64,000 nt of DNA from a virus, in the IMG/VR virus record IMGVR_UViG_3300005573_000857, positions 1 through 64,000 of that record. One strand, 5' to 3'. The notes below the pieces were generated by a model. It was given only the letters and a program-made list of their open reading frames with translations, did not search any database and was not told where the DNA came from. Made by a program: the position numbers and the translations under genes. The first letter of the stretch is position 1; every line of letters starts with the position of its first letter. Below, in pieces: positions 1-9,417 of this stretch.

Positions 1-2
1 AT

Positions 3-461
3 GGAAAGGTCAGATCGAGAGTCTATATTATAGACTCAAACTCGTGGTTATCGTTCTTTTTCTACAGAAACTGTCTATCTGGTTTTGTCAATATTCTTCC
101 CTATAGATTCTATACTCTCTCACCAGAAGCTCAGTTATTCTTCAGAATTCTAGTACTAAACAATCAAACAGGTAGAACTGTTTTGGTAGACTTACGAGAC
201 ATAACGAACCGCTTTGTTTTTAGACCAGGTGATCCTGAAGTTAAACATATAGTTAGGAAAGTACTACAAGAGTTGGCTGATGAGAAGTTTATAGAAGATC
301 CTAAAGAAATATACACCCCAAAGAAGGGTTTAATCTTTTCTTTCGAGAAACGAGATTTTCTCGAAGAACTACAAGACATAAGAAAAATACAAGAAGAAGA
401 CCAAGGTGAGTATGCACACGAAGAAGAGTTTGAGATGAAGAGTGAGTTCAAGATTGAGTAG
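3..461 (+). CDS. 5'-truncated protein, possible winged-helix replication-initiator-like C-terminus
   Basis: The frame of ORF 183..461 is open back to the window start (GKVRSRVYIIDS...YRFYTLSPEAQLFFRIL...VDLRDI...IVRKVLQELADEKFI). The pattern resembles Rep/TrfA-type wHTH C-terminal domains, and iteron-like repeats follow. Confidence 0.35.
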   Translation, partial: GKVRSRVYIIDSNSWLSFFFYRNCLSGFVNILPYRFYTLSPEAQLFFRILVLNNQTGRTVLVDLRDITNRFVFRPGDPEVKHIVRKVLQELADEKFIEDPKEIYTPKKGLIFSFEKRDFLEELQDIRKIQEEDQGEYAHEEEFEMKSEFKIE

Positions 462-578
462 AATCTACTTTTTCTTAGAGTAAGTCCAGTTTCCAGATTT
501 AGTCTCTACTCTCTTGTAGAAAATTTTCTATGCGAAATGAAAAGAGAAAAAATGGATTAGGCATGGCGGTTTTTTTGT

Positions 579-656
579 AGCGTATGTAAAATCACTCTTG
601 AAGAGTATGTTTTTTGTTTTATAGAGTGTATGTCTTTTGCATTATAGAGAGTATGT
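579..656 (+). repeat. Four AGnGTATGT direct repeats with exact 23-bp period (iteron-like)
   Basis: AGCGTATGT at 579, AGAGTATGT at 602, AGTGTATGT at 625, AGAGTATGT at 648, inside a ~500-bp non-coding gap and followed by an AT-rich tract at ~770-820. Confidence 0.75.
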
Positions 657-769
657 CAATTTTGTCGTAAAGCGAAAGGAAACTGGACTTTTTGCACTTT
701 TTGAAAGAATTTGCATTGTTGTAACTAGTTGAAATTATTGAAAACCGACTCAAGAATTTTTTAGTGCAG

Positions 770-783
770 CTATATATATAAAT
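770..783 (+). promoter_or_regulatory. CTATATATAT motif, putative phage promoter (copy 1)
   Basis: The same 10-mer recurs in the intergenic gaps at 21007 and 30107. Confidence 0.45.
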
Positions 784-969
784 AAAAGATAAAAGTAAAA
801 ATAAAAATAAAATATATAGGCGGCAAAACTCTGTTGACACAGAGTTTTTTGCCACCAGAAAAACATTTTAAAAAGACAAAGACAATCACTTTTAACTATC
901 TCTCAAGACAAAGCTCTCCAGCGTTTCATTACAATTGTTTCAAGTCACTCAAGAGGAGATTAAAAAAAT

Positions 970-1536
970 ATGACAAAGAAAGTGCTTATTGTAGCAATCT
1001 CAGTTTTGGTAGTCTCATTTGTCTCACTTTGCCAAACTTGCAATGCAGAGGTTTCGCTTCGTCATTTTAATGAAGCGATTGGTGTTTTGTCGAATTTCGA
1101 AGAAAATACTCTATTGCTTGTAAATAGAATAGCACATGCAATTAAGTCTAGTAATACTTCAGTTGGCGAAGAAGAGTCTTTAATCTACTCAACATTTATT
1201 GTTGAGAGTTCTTTAGAATACGACTTAGATCCCTTTCTTGTGACGGCTCTAGCATTTGTCGAATCCAAATTTAATCCTAGAGCTACGAACAAGAGAAAAA
1301 CTACTGTAGGTATTATGCAGATCCACCAGCCTACGTGGAAGTTAAAAGATCCACATAATATTCGTTTAAATATCAATTTTGGATGTAAAATACTAAAGGA
1401 ACTAATCCAGAAATATCCAGAGTCGTACTTGAGAAGGTACGCTGGCTTTGGTGATTCTAAAACTGAAAAGAGTATAAGTTATGTCAGAAAAGTCAGAAAA
1501 ATAGAGAAACAATTGAAAGCTCAATCTAGCTTTTAG
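970..1536 (+). CDS. Lytic transglycosylase (SLT domain) with N-terminal signal/anchor
   Basis: LDPFLVTALAFVESKFNPRA (catalytic ES), VGIMQI and NINFGCKIL motifs; hydrophobic N-terminus. Confidence 0.85.
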   Translation: MTKKVLIVAISVLVVSFVSLCQTCNAEVSLRHFNEAIGVLSNFEENTLLLVNRIAHAIKSSNTSVGEEESLIYSTFIVESSLEYDLDPFLVTALAFVESKFNPRATNKRKTTVGIMQIHQPTWKLKDPHNIRLNINFGCKILKELIQKYPESYLRRYAGFGDSKTEKSISYVRKVRKIEKQLKAQSSF

Positions 1537-1578
1537 CATATTAGAGAAACAAACAAAAAAAATGAAAAGGAGAAAGAA

Positions 1579-1776
1579 ATGACTACAGAAGAAGGAAAAG
1601 TAGTTTACGAGAACAAAAAGATCAGGATTTCGACTGAGTGGGACGAACGGTTATGTCCAGCTTGCAGACTTCCTTTGTCTGTTGGATTTAACGACAGGAC
1701 ATTCTGCAGAAATCCATGGTGCCCAAACTCTCCATCTGAAGAGCCCTTCATGAAAAATGGGACTAGAAGACTTTAA
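1579..1776 (+). CDS. Small Zn-ribbon protein
   Basis: CPAC...CRNPWC; AAGGAG SD. Confidence 0.6.
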   Translation: MTTEEGKVVYENKKIRISTEWDERLCPACRLPLSVGFNDRTFCRNPWCPNSPSEEPFMKNGTRRL

Positions 1777-1790
1777 GGTTTTTTCGAAAG

Positions 1791-1815
1791 AGCTCGCATT
1801 TAGCGAGCTTTTTTT
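1791..1815 (+). terminator. Rho-independent terminator
   Basis: AGCTCGC-attta-GCGAGCT followed by a T run. Confidence 0.8.
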
Positions 1816-1846
1816 CTTGTATTCTTTTTTATTGGAGGTGTGAAGT

Positions 1847-2098
1847 ATGTCTACTGTGGTTTGTCCTCAGTGTGGATTTATCCATCCACCAGTAACTGGC
1901 AAGTGTCCTATGGCTAAAGAAGTTAAAGAAGGAGAGACTTCCAAACAAGATATAGATTTCGACCCATTCTTGAGGAGTATCAAGTCTATTTTAATTTCGC
2001 AGTGTAGCAAGAAAAATATAAAGAAGTTTGAGAAGCTTTTAGCTGGTCTTACTGTAGAGATCACTAAGTTTCTCGAGAACTACAAAGAGGAGAGCTAA
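1847..2098 (+). CDS. Hypothetical protein with N-terminal CxxCxxxH..C Zn finger
   Basis: CPQCGFIHPPVTGKC; GGAGGT SD. Confidence 0.6.
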   Translation: MSTVVCPQCGFIHPPVTGKCPMAKEVKEGETSKQDIDFDPFLRSIKSILISQCSKKNIKKFEKLLAGLTVEITKFLENYKEES

Positions 2099-2527
2099 AT
2101 GTCTAGATTGTCGAATAAGGTTATGCTAGAATCCGAGTTTAAAGATTTTTTATTGTTTAGAGCTGCTTGTGCGTGCTTGCACCCTGACCACGATGTGAGG
2201 ATTTTAGTATCGTTCGAAGAGAATACAGGTGTAGAGATAGAATTCCACAAGAAGCTCTCGTTAACAGTCGTTAATGAAGGGTTTCCTTCTTCTCTCAGGG
2301 AAAGACTTAAAGTTATTTGGCAAAGATTAGTCGCTTGCTTCAAGATTCTTTTCACTGGGGAGCTTGAGTTAGAGTCCTCTTTTTTACTGACTGAAGTACA
2401 ACATCTTGACGACTTAATTTCCGCTTTGCAAACAGGGCGAGAAATGGTCGAACTACGGAGAACTGAAATTGGTAGTGGTGAACAAAAAGATGAAGTAAAA
2501 ACAAGAGGAGAGGTAAGAGCGTTGTGA
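2099..2527 (+). CDS. Hypothetical protein
   Basis: ORF abuts both neighbours in the operon. Confidence 0.6.
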   Translation: MSRLSNKVMLESEFKDFLLFRAACACLHPDHDVRILVSFEENTGVEIEFHKKLSLTVVNEGFPSSLRERLKVIWQRLVACFKILFTGELELESSFLLTEVQHLDDLISALQTGREMVELRRTEIGSGEQKDEVKTRGEVRAL

Positions 2528-2907
2528 CTCTTTTAGAAAAAGTCCTTAAAATTTTGAGAGACAACGAAATCAGAGTCTTGAGTCAAACTGAGACTGGCTC
2601 TGGTTGCTTGATTTGCACAAAGTCTCTAATAATCCATGTAAGCGATCCTACCGTCAGCATAGCATTTTGCGTAGATACTGCACCAGATGTAGCAGCTGTC
2701 GTTACACTTCTTTTTTCTAAAGCTTTTGGTCCAGAGAACTTAGCTATAGGCAAAGTCTTCTTTAGAGATGAAAATAATAATATTCTTTGTGGCGAAGATG
2801 CTGAGAAAAAGTTTAGAGAGAATGTCGAGAGTTACTTTTTAGAAAAGTTTACCAGAGAGCAAGCAGAAAATGCAGTTCTACTTTTTTCAGAACCATATAC
2901 TTGCTAG
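2524..2907 (+). CDS. Hypothetical protein
   Basis: GTGA overlap with the previous ORF. Confidence 0.6.
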   Translation: MTLLEKVLKILRDNEIRVLSQTETGSGCLICTKSLIIHVSDPTVSIAFCVDTAPDVAAVVTLLFSKAFGPENLAIGKVFFRDENNNILCGEDAEKKFRENVESYFLEKFTREQAENAVLLFSEPYTC

Positions 2908-2925
2908 AGAAATAGGAGGTTTCAT

Positions 2926-3909
2926 TTGGTAGAAGTAGTGAATAGCTTATGGACTGAAAAGTACAGACCAAAAACTGTAGCAGAGTTGGTCCTTCCAGAT
3001 AGCTACAGGAAAGATTTCGAAGGGTTTATTTCAAAGAAATCGATACCAAACTTGCTTTTTTACGGTCCACCGGGCTCAGGTAAGACTACACTTGCTAGAA
3101 TTATAGTTTCAAGAGAAGGAATTATGCAAAATACAGAAGAGAATCTCCTCGAGATAAATGGTTCTGCTAAAGAAACTCGTGGCATCTCTTTTGTGCAAGA
3201 CGTCATTGAGCCGTTCTTAAAAGTCCCTCCTTTAGCTGATCCTTACAGGATTGTTTTTATTGACGAAGCCGACTATCTAACGGAAGCGTCTTCTCATTCT
3301 TTAAGAGCGGTTATAGAAAAGTATTCTAGTCATGGAAGATTTATCTTCACTTGTAACTACTTGTCTAAGATTCCAGATCCAGTCCAGAGTCGTTGCACTT
3401 CTTATTCTTTTAAGCAAGTTTCTGTAGAGTATGTAGTAGAGTACTGTAAGAAGATCCTGACTCAAGAAGGAGTTGAATTTGACGAAAAAGACTTACTCTA
3501 CATTATAGAAACTTTCTATCCAGACATAAGAAAAGTTGTTAATTCTCTCCAAAAATGCTCAGCAACGAAGAAATTGCGAATAGATAAAGATTTAGTCCAG
3601 CAAGCAGAGAAAACTCTTAGCAGCTTGTTTTTGGAAGTTGTGGAGCTTACTGTCAGGGGAGAAAATGACAAAGTAAACTCATCTGTTTCTTCTATAATTG
3701 ACCTTCTTGCGTCTAGCCAAGAGAGCTTAGACTTTAGGTCAATTTACACTTCACTTTTTTACAGACAGGACGTTCCAGCATTAGTGAAAGTATTGGTAAA
3801 TAAGTACGCAAATTCTCATGGTGACTGTCTAGTTCCGTCAATGCATTTTGCTGCCTTAGTGTTTGAAGTAGTCAAATCTTTGCAAGAGTATAAAAGCTTA
3901 CGAAAGTAG
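2926..3909 (+). CDS. Clamp loader AAA+ subunit (RFC small / T4 gp44-like)
   Basis: WTEKYRP, GPPGSGKTT, FIDEAD and SRC motifs. Confidence 0.93.
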   Translation: MVEVVNSLWTEKYRPKTVAELVLPDSYRKDFEGFISKKSIPNLLFYGPPGSGKTTLARIIVSREGIMQNTEENLLEINGSAKETRGISFVQDVIEPFLKVPPLADPYRIVFIDEADYLTEASSHSLRAVIEKYSSHGRFIFTCNYLSKIPDPVQSRCTSYSFKQVSVEYVVEYCKKILTQEGVEFDEKDLLYIIETFYPDIRKVVNSLQKCSATKKLRIDKDLVQQAEKTLSSLFLEVVELTVRGENDKVNSSVSSIIDLLASSQESLDFRSIYTSLFYRQDVPALVKVLVNKYANSHGDCLVPSMHFAALVFEVVKSLQEYKSLRK

Positions 3910-3920
3910 GAGTTAGTCTC

Positions 3921-4901
3921 TTGATTTACAAGAAGGAGTTCTTGAGCTATCTAGAATCTAAACTTTCGCCAGTTAAAGTAACTCAGAAGAACATTGTAGT
4001 TAGATGCCCCTGGTGCGAGCTTAAAGTTAACAAGAGTCACTACCACTTGTATATCTCTTCTGAGGCTCCAATTTTCCATTGCTTCCACTGCGAAGAGAAG
4101 GGAGTTCTAGCAAAGTTACTAAAGTTTCTCGAAGGAAAAGATTTGTCAGAAAGCTTTGTCGACGAAAAGCACTTGTCTAAGGAAATGTCACTTAGACCTG
4201 ACATAAGGAGTGAAGTTTATCTTCCAGACTTGAGAGAGTTCGACTTTAAAGCTAAAGCCTCTTATGTGCAGCGGCGTTTGAGTCTTGACAGTGTTTCTGA
4301 CTTGAAGAATATAAAGGGGTTAGTGTTCGATGTAAATGCTTTTATTAACATGAACAAAATCGTGGATCCGTCTCTGGATAGGATAAGAGACTACTTGCAT
4401 TCTAACTTCGTCGGATTCCTCACTGAGCATAAGACTATGCTAGTTTTGAGAAATATAGACCAATCGTCTGACTTTAGATACTATAAAATCCAGTTGAGAG
4501 AGAACCCTTTTCTCGACTACTATAAGATCCCTGGCGGGTCGTATTCTAGTAGGAGAGTGGTTATTTCCGAAGGACTATTCGATATACTACTTGAACATAA
4601 CTTAGATAGACTTAAGCTTAAAGACAAAAGCAAACTGTATGTTGCATGTCTTTCTAAGTCGTTTACAAGTGTCTTGAAAAGTATCACTTTTTACGAACAG
4701 ATTTTTAAGTGGCATGTCACTATACTTTCGCATAAAGATGTTCTACCGCAAGAATACATGCAAGTGGTAGAAAAGAGTAAGCATTTCATTGACACTATGG
4801 AAGTTTACTACAATAAGATTGGTAAAGATTTTGGACAAATTAGCATAGTTCCGTACGTTTGTGGGGTTGGAGGATTAAAAGTATGGCCAAAAGGTTCTTA
4901 G
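3921..4901 (+). CDS. DNA primase (Zn finger + TOPRIM, T4 gp61/DnaG-like)
   Basis: RCPWC...FHCFHC Zn-binding domain; ISEGLFD TOPRIM motif; KDFG near the C-terminus. Confidence 0.75.
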   Translation: MIYKKEFLSYLESKLSPVKVTQKNIVVRCPWCELKVNKSHYHLYISSEAPIFHCFHCEEKGVLAKLLKFLEGKDLSESFVDEKHLSKEMSLRPDIRSEVYLPDLREFDFKAKASYVQRRLSLDSVSDLKNIKGLVFDVNAFINMNKIVDPSLDRIRDYLHSNFVGFLTEHKTMLVLRNIDQSSDFRYYKIQLRENPFLDYYKIPGGSYSSRRVVISEGLFDILLEHNLDRLKLKDKSKLYVACLSKSFTSVLKSITFYEQIFKWHVTILSHKDVLPQEYMQVVEKSKHFIDTMEVYYNKIGKDFGQISIVPYVCGVGGLKVWPKGS

Positions 4902-5284
4902 AGCAAGCTGAGAAGCTACTGAGTTTAGCTAGAAAAGCAGTTAAAGAAGGGCCAGATTTTACAGGAAGTATAGAAGATGTAGATTGCTACAACTTGCTCT
5001 GTAAAGCGGCTGAGAGTGACAAACTATACAGACTTCTCGGAGCTGACTTCTGTATTTTTAGAACGACTTACGAAGATAAGCCAGCTTTACTCTTAGTGTT
5101 TTCGTTGCCAGTGAGGATTTCCCACGACGATCCGTCAGACCCACAGCGTGGTAAGCACGTAAGTGAAAGAAGTATAAACATCCTCGAAATGGTTGAAGAA
5201 GCACTTGATTCAGTCGATAGAGTAATTACTAGGCAAGCGAACCAGTTCGTGTACTTAATAATGATTAGAACGAAAAAGAGCTAA
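4883..5284 (+). CDS. Hypothetical protein
   Basis: ATG after GGAGG; lies in the replication operon. Confidence 0.6.
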   Translation: MAKRFLEQAEKLLSLARKAVKEGPDFTGSIEDVDCYNLLCKAAESDKLYRLLGADFCIFRTTYEDKPALLLVFSLPVRISHDDPSDPQRGKHVSERSINILEMVEEALDSVDRVITRQANQFVYLIMIRTKKS

Positions 5285-5296
5285 GGAGGAGAATTG

Positions 5297-6040
5297 ATGG
5301 AAAGTTTAACATTAAGCGGTGACTCTTTTGTGAGTTTCTTGAAGGTTGCTGGAGTTTTGAAAGAATACTGTAATGACATGTGTGTGGTAGACGGGATTGT
5401 TAGACAGAGATCGAACGATAGGTCTTGCATTTTTGAGTTTGACTTAACTAGTGTATTTGGTAATAAGACAGTCTTAATATCCGCTCTAAAGAACGTTTGC
5501 CCAATGTTAGAAGTTCTACCTGAAGCTATGTCTGACATAGAAGTCAAGATAACCGAGAGAGAAATCTTTGTCGGCAAAAAAGGTATTGTCATTTTCCGGC
5601 GGATTATGCCAGACCCTAGTCTTCTAGACAATAAATTCATTCCAGAGGAAGAGCTTAGCAAACTCTTTGTCTTGTCTCAAGATGACATACTAGTGACATT
5701 TCAGATTACGCCAATGTTGTCTAAGATAATAAGAGTTAGTTCGCAACAGTATAATGTTAGCACAGTTAAAGTCAATTTTTTGGGTGAAGAAGCTACTCTT
5801 CAGTTGAATTCGCAAAGTAGAGATGGTGATGCAGAACTTAGTGCGCCTGCGGTAACGAATAAACCAGTAAAAGGGTCTACTAGCTTAGTTGTGTTTCCGT
5901 TTATTATAGAGTATGACGAAAGCATTACTTTGGAGATTTATAGAGTAGAGAAAACAATCTGCATGAATAAGTTTGTAACGAGTGTAGGAGACATACCGGC
6001 AATTATTTATTCGAGGTCTCCCTTTAAAGAAGAGGAATAG
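5297..6040 (+). CDS. Probable sliding clamp (gp45/PCNA-like)
   Basis: ~247 aa with a two-repeat beta-alpha-beta pattern typical of clamp subunits; near the clamp loader and primase. Confidence 0.55.
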   Translation: MESLTLSGDSFVSFLKVAGVLKEYCNDMCVVDGIVRQRSNDRSCIFEFDLTSVFGNKTVLISALKNVCPMLEVLPEAMSDIEVKITEREIFVGKKGIVIFRRIMPDPSLLDNKFIPEEELSKLFVLSQDDILVTFQITPMLSKIIRVSSQQYNVSTVKVNFLGEEATLQLNSQSRDGDAELSAPAVTNKPVKGSTSLVVFPFIIEYDESITLEIYRVEKTICMNKFVTSVGDIPAIIYSRSPFKEEE

Positions 6041-6043
6041 CTA

Positions 6044-6628
6044 GTGAGACTTGGCTCCGACATAGATGGAACGTTCGTTGATTTGAGAGAAGCTATGAAC
6101 TACTACTTAAGTCAGTACGGAGTGAGCATTGACTTCTCAACTTTGAGGACGTACTATATTGAGCGAGTTGTAAATCTTCCTAAAAGTATTGTAGAAGAGT
6201 GTGTAGATAAATCAGTGCAAGATTTAGACAGAATTTCCGCTTTCCCAGGAGCAGTTCACTTCTTTAGAAAGTACTTCGAAGAAACTGGTAGACCCATTAT
6301 CTTTATTACAAGTAGAGATATTAAGTCGAGGGAAAGCACATATAAAGTGATAGACAAATTTTTAGACGTTCCTTACGAAATTGTTTTTACTGCGTCTAAG
6401 GGGATAGCCGCAAGAGATCTCGAACTGGACTTATTTATTGAAGATGTTGCAGAAGTTGCTCTAGATGTTGCTACTTACGTTCCTCTAGTCTTGTTATTCG
6501 ATAGACCGTATAACTCTAAAGTGTTTTGCAGCAATATTCGTATTGTCCAGACTTGGCAGCAGGTTTCTGAAATTTTTGAGAGCGTGAAGGAGGTTTCTTA
6601 TGCAAGTAGTAATCTCTTGCCATCTTGA
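6044..6628 (+). CDS. HAD-family 5'(3')-deoxyribonucleotidase
   Basis: DIDGT, FITSR, K, FIED and DRPYN motifs. Confidence 0.85.
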   Translation: MRLGSDIDGTFVDLREAMNYYLSQYGVSIDFSTLRTYYIERVVNLPKSIVEECVDKSVQDLDRISAFPGAVHFFRKYFEETGRPIIFITSRDIKSRESTYKVIDKFLDVPYEIVFTASKGIAARDLELDLFIEDVAEVALDVATYVPLVLLFDRPYNSKVFCSNIRIVQTWQQVSEIFESVKEVSYASSNLLPS

Positions 6629-7208
6629 TACAGTATTTAAAGATCCTTTTAGTGAAGTGAAAGATGGAATACAGACTGGTTCGTGCGATAACGTTAGTGG
6701 AGTTTTAGCGTGTGCACAACTCATAAAGTTTCCTGAAATTAACATTCAGTTTACTCATTCCGAAGAAGATGGAATGGGTGGAGCTAGATGGGTTGCGGCT
6801 CACTTTTCACCCGAAACTACGTTTTTAGTTGTTGTAGATTGTATTGAGAGAGCTCCTAGATGGAAGAGTATTAATTTTACAGTAGAGAACTTTTCTAACG
6901 TAGATCCGGTGCACATAAAAAGAGCTCTCAAAAGTTTTGCTAGACATTACGTTTTAAGAGAGCGTGGAAGCGAAAGTGAAGCATGGCTATATAGAGAAAA
7001 GGGTTTTTCTTGTCTAGAAGTAGATATACCAGTTACTGGTGGTTTGCATAATCTCACTAACCGAGCTAGGGTTGGAGATATTTTAGCAGCTGCTGACGCT
7101 ATGAAAGCGATAGTCGATTACTTTTCTCAGAAGAGCCGTTCCGAAATTCTTCCGCCCGGGCATAGTGAGTGTTGTCTACAGTCTGGAGAAAAGGAGATTG
7201 GAGTATGA
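6600..7208 (+). CDS. M28/M20-family Zn metallopeptidase-like hydrolase
   Basis: CHLDTV, GSCDNVSG, SEEDG, VVD and GLH metal-ligand pattern. Confidence 0.7.
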   Translation: MQVVISCHLDTVFKDPFSEVKDGIQTGSCDNVSGVLACAQLIKFPEINIQFTHSEEDGMGGARWVAAHFSPETTFLVVVDCIERAPRWKSINFTVENFSNVDPVHIKRALKSFARHYVLRERGSESEAWLYREKGFSCLEVDIPVTGGLHNLTNRARVGDILAAADAMKAIVDYFSQKSRSEILPPGHSECCLQSGEKEIGV

Positions 7209-7531
7209 GTCCAGAAAAGGTTGACAAATTGCCAGATCGAGTAAAAGAGTGGGATGACTTCGCCAAAGAAGTACATGACTACATTTCGAAGTTTACAGTT
7301 CCTAAGTATAGTAGTAAAAATAAGTTTGACTTGATAAGTATAACTGAGCCAAGAGTTTGTGTCTGGAACATACTAAAGTATGCTTTAAGATTGTGGAATG
7401 GTAGAGGAAAGCAGTACGACTGGTTTAAGATTGCTCACTATTGTCAAATGGGTTGGACTGAAGGGAATCGTTCTGGGTCTACTGACTGGAAAGCTCTTGG
7501 TATTGAAGAGGACCAGACAAAGACTGGTTAG
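7205..7531 (+). CDS. DUF3310-like protein (T7 gp1.7-type nucleotide kinase-like)
   Basis: NILKYALRL...GKQYDWFKIAHY resembles the N.lKY..R...D..K...Y signature. Confidence 0.45.
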   Translation: MSPEKVDKLPDRVKEWDDFAKEVHDYISKFTVPKYSSKNKFDLISITEPRVCVWNILKYALRLWNGRGKQYDWFKIAHYCQMGWTEGNRSGSTDWKALGIEEDQTKTG

Positions 7532-7546
7532 GCAAAGGAGAAAAAA

Positions 7547-8701
7547 GTGCAACCGAGCTCGATTTTGTCTTATTACCCCACATACGCTATTTTAGATGAG
7601 GTTCTTTCTTATGGTGGAGGGTCCTACGAAACGCTGAATGTTTTTGTAGACTTAAAGAATGCTCTGCAGAGTTTGTATATGGAAGATACTGTAAAGAGCA
7701 TAGTAGAGTCTACTTTAAGAGCTAAGACAACAGATACTTCTATTTTTTCTTCTATTATATCATTTCTTTCTTTCCATAAGCTTTTTTCTATAAAGAGAAA
7801 TATTAAGCTTTTTGTTTACTTTTTCTTCGAAACTGGTAAATCGTACTACCATCTGAACTTGTGTCCAGACTATAAATCTAGTAGACGTATAGATGACTTG
7901 TTTGGTCTTGATTCGGAAAAGAGAGAAGTTTTTTTCGACGTTTTCCATAAGAATCTCGAGATGATAGAAGCGGTTGGAAATAAGCTTCCAAATACGAAAG
8001 TTCTCCACTTGCGCAATCTTGAAGCAGACTTCGTTCCATACTATCTTGTTCGCAATGGGATTGTACAGACCGGACCAAATGTAGCTAATATTGTATATTC
8101 TAATGATCACGATATGTTACAGTGTGCATTAGAAGATAACGTTTACGTCTATTTAAAGTCGGGTCGTACAAAGAGACTCGTCAAGAAGGGTGAAGTACTG
8201 TCTACGTTCTTACGTTCTCGTACGTCAGTTTCTGACGAACTTTTCCCTCTTGCTATGTCAATTGTTGGTGATTCTGGCGATAATATAAAAGGAGTTTCTG
8301 GTATAGGAGCAAAGCGACTGGAGCAACTCTTGCCGGAAATTGCTGCGGCTGTTGTGTGTGCAGACTCACTCTATAGTAAAATTGAGGCAGAAGAACCAAT
8401 TTTCAACTCAAATTTGCTTTCTTCAGAGAACAAATATATGCGTTCTGTCGTAGAGAGCGAGCTTACTCAAGGCCTAGTTTCTAGGAACATGAAGTTAATA
8501 AGCTTCGAGCTCCTGTCACGAGCTTTAGACTCTCCTTCCTCTACTGAAATGCTAAACAGAAAGAACTACATTAAGCAAATCTGCGAAAGTTCCGAAGTAG
8601 CACCTGCATCTTCTTTAAAGAAGGCTTTATCTTTAGCTAAAGTTTACTTAGAGGAAGACTCACTCGACATCATATACTTTGGAGTAAAAGAAAATGCTTA
8701 A
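7547..8701 (+). CDS. 5'-3' exonuclease / flap endonuclease (T4 RNase H-like)
   Basis: YKSSR, LEADF, SNDHDMLQ and GDSGDNIKGVSGIGAKR (H3TH) motifs. Confidence 0.88.
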   Translation: MQPSSILSYYPTYAILDEVLSYGGGSYETLNVFVDLKNALQSLYMEDTVKSIVESTLRAKTTDTSIFSSIISFLSFHKLFSIKRNIKLFVYFFFETGKSYYHLNLCPDYKSSRRIDDLFGLDSEKREVFFDVFHKNLEMIEAVGNKLPNTKVLHLRNLEADFVPYYLVRNGIVQTGPNVANIVYSNDHDMLQCALEDNVYVYLKSGRTKRLVKKGEVLSTFLRSRTSVSDELFPLAMSIVGDSGDNIKGVSGIGAKRLEQLLPEIAAAVVCADSLYSKIEAEEPIFNSNLLSSENKYMRSVVESELTQGLVSRNMKLISFELLSRALDSPSSTEMLNRKNYIKQICESSEVAPASSLKKALSLAKVYLEEDSLDIIYFGVKENA

Positions 8702-9413
8702 CGCAAACCGAGTCTTAAACTATATAAAAACTAATATTGGATTTCCTTTTCAATTTATTGAAAAGACTGATGAAGAGATCTTAGACTACGTAAAGACGTA
8801 CAGTTTAAGAGAATTTTCTCAGTATTTTCCGGACGTAGTGACTATTGGCTACAATCCGAATATAGAGTCAAATAAAGTTCCAGGACGATCTAACGAATAC
8901 TACATTGTCGATGAACAAGGACTAGAAATTCTTGGTGTTTCTAATGTTTACTTCCCCCAAGGAGACTATCTACTTCATGGGCACCCACCTCTAGGCCCCT
9001 TAAGTTTAGGCGAACTAGCTAGCTGGGTACTTTCAGTAGAAGTTTCTATGTGGGTTAAACAGTTTTCTTCTTACGACCGAACGTTCGAATTTAAGCCGCC
9101 TAATATTCTCAGAATTTCCTCTTCACCTACATCGACTGACTTTTTCGCTATCGAGTATGAAAGAGTGCATCCGCCAGACTTTAGTAAAGTTAGGTCTGAT
9201 TTAGAACACTATTTTCTTGATTTGGCTCTCGCTGACATAATGATAGTCATAGGAAGAGCTCGTAAGAGATATGCTGGTGGAAATTTGAGAACGCCCTTTG
9301 GTGAGATTCCCTTAGATGGCGATATTCTTGAAGAGGGAAAAGAGAAGAAAAGAGAAGTTCTCGAAAAACTTCAAGCTGGACCTCTATTGAACGTCCTTAT
9401 AGATATTGGTTGA
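8694..9413 (+). CDS. Neck / head-completion protein (T4 gp13-like)
   Basis: N-terminal YIKTNIGFP..IE.TDEEI and C-terminal PFGEIPLDG..LEEG.......L...IG match the gp13 pattern. Confidence 0.7.
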   Translation: MLNANRVLNYIKTNIGFPFQFIEKTDEEILDYVKTYSLREFSQYFPDVVTIGYNPNIESNKVPGRSNEYYIVDEQGLEILGVSNVYFPQGDYLLHGHPPLGPLSLGELASWVLSVEVSMWVKQFSSYDRTFEFKPPNILRISSSPTSTDFFAIEYERVHPPDFSKVRSDLEHYFLDLALADIMIVIGRARKRYAGGNLRTPFGEIPLDGDILEEGKEKKREVLEKLQAGPLLNVLIDIG

Positions 9414-9417
9414 TTTT

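Noticed and set aside
571-662. Periodic repeats as a CRISPR array
   Set aside because: The period is only 23 bp with a 9-bp core, so there is no repeat-spacer structure, and no cas1/cas2 is present.
2926-6040. Archaeal chromosome origin suggested by RFC/PCNA-like genes
   Set aside because: The context is T4-like phage, with a peptidoglycan transglycosylase, bacterial-type RNAP motifs and KhpA pointing to a bacterial host.
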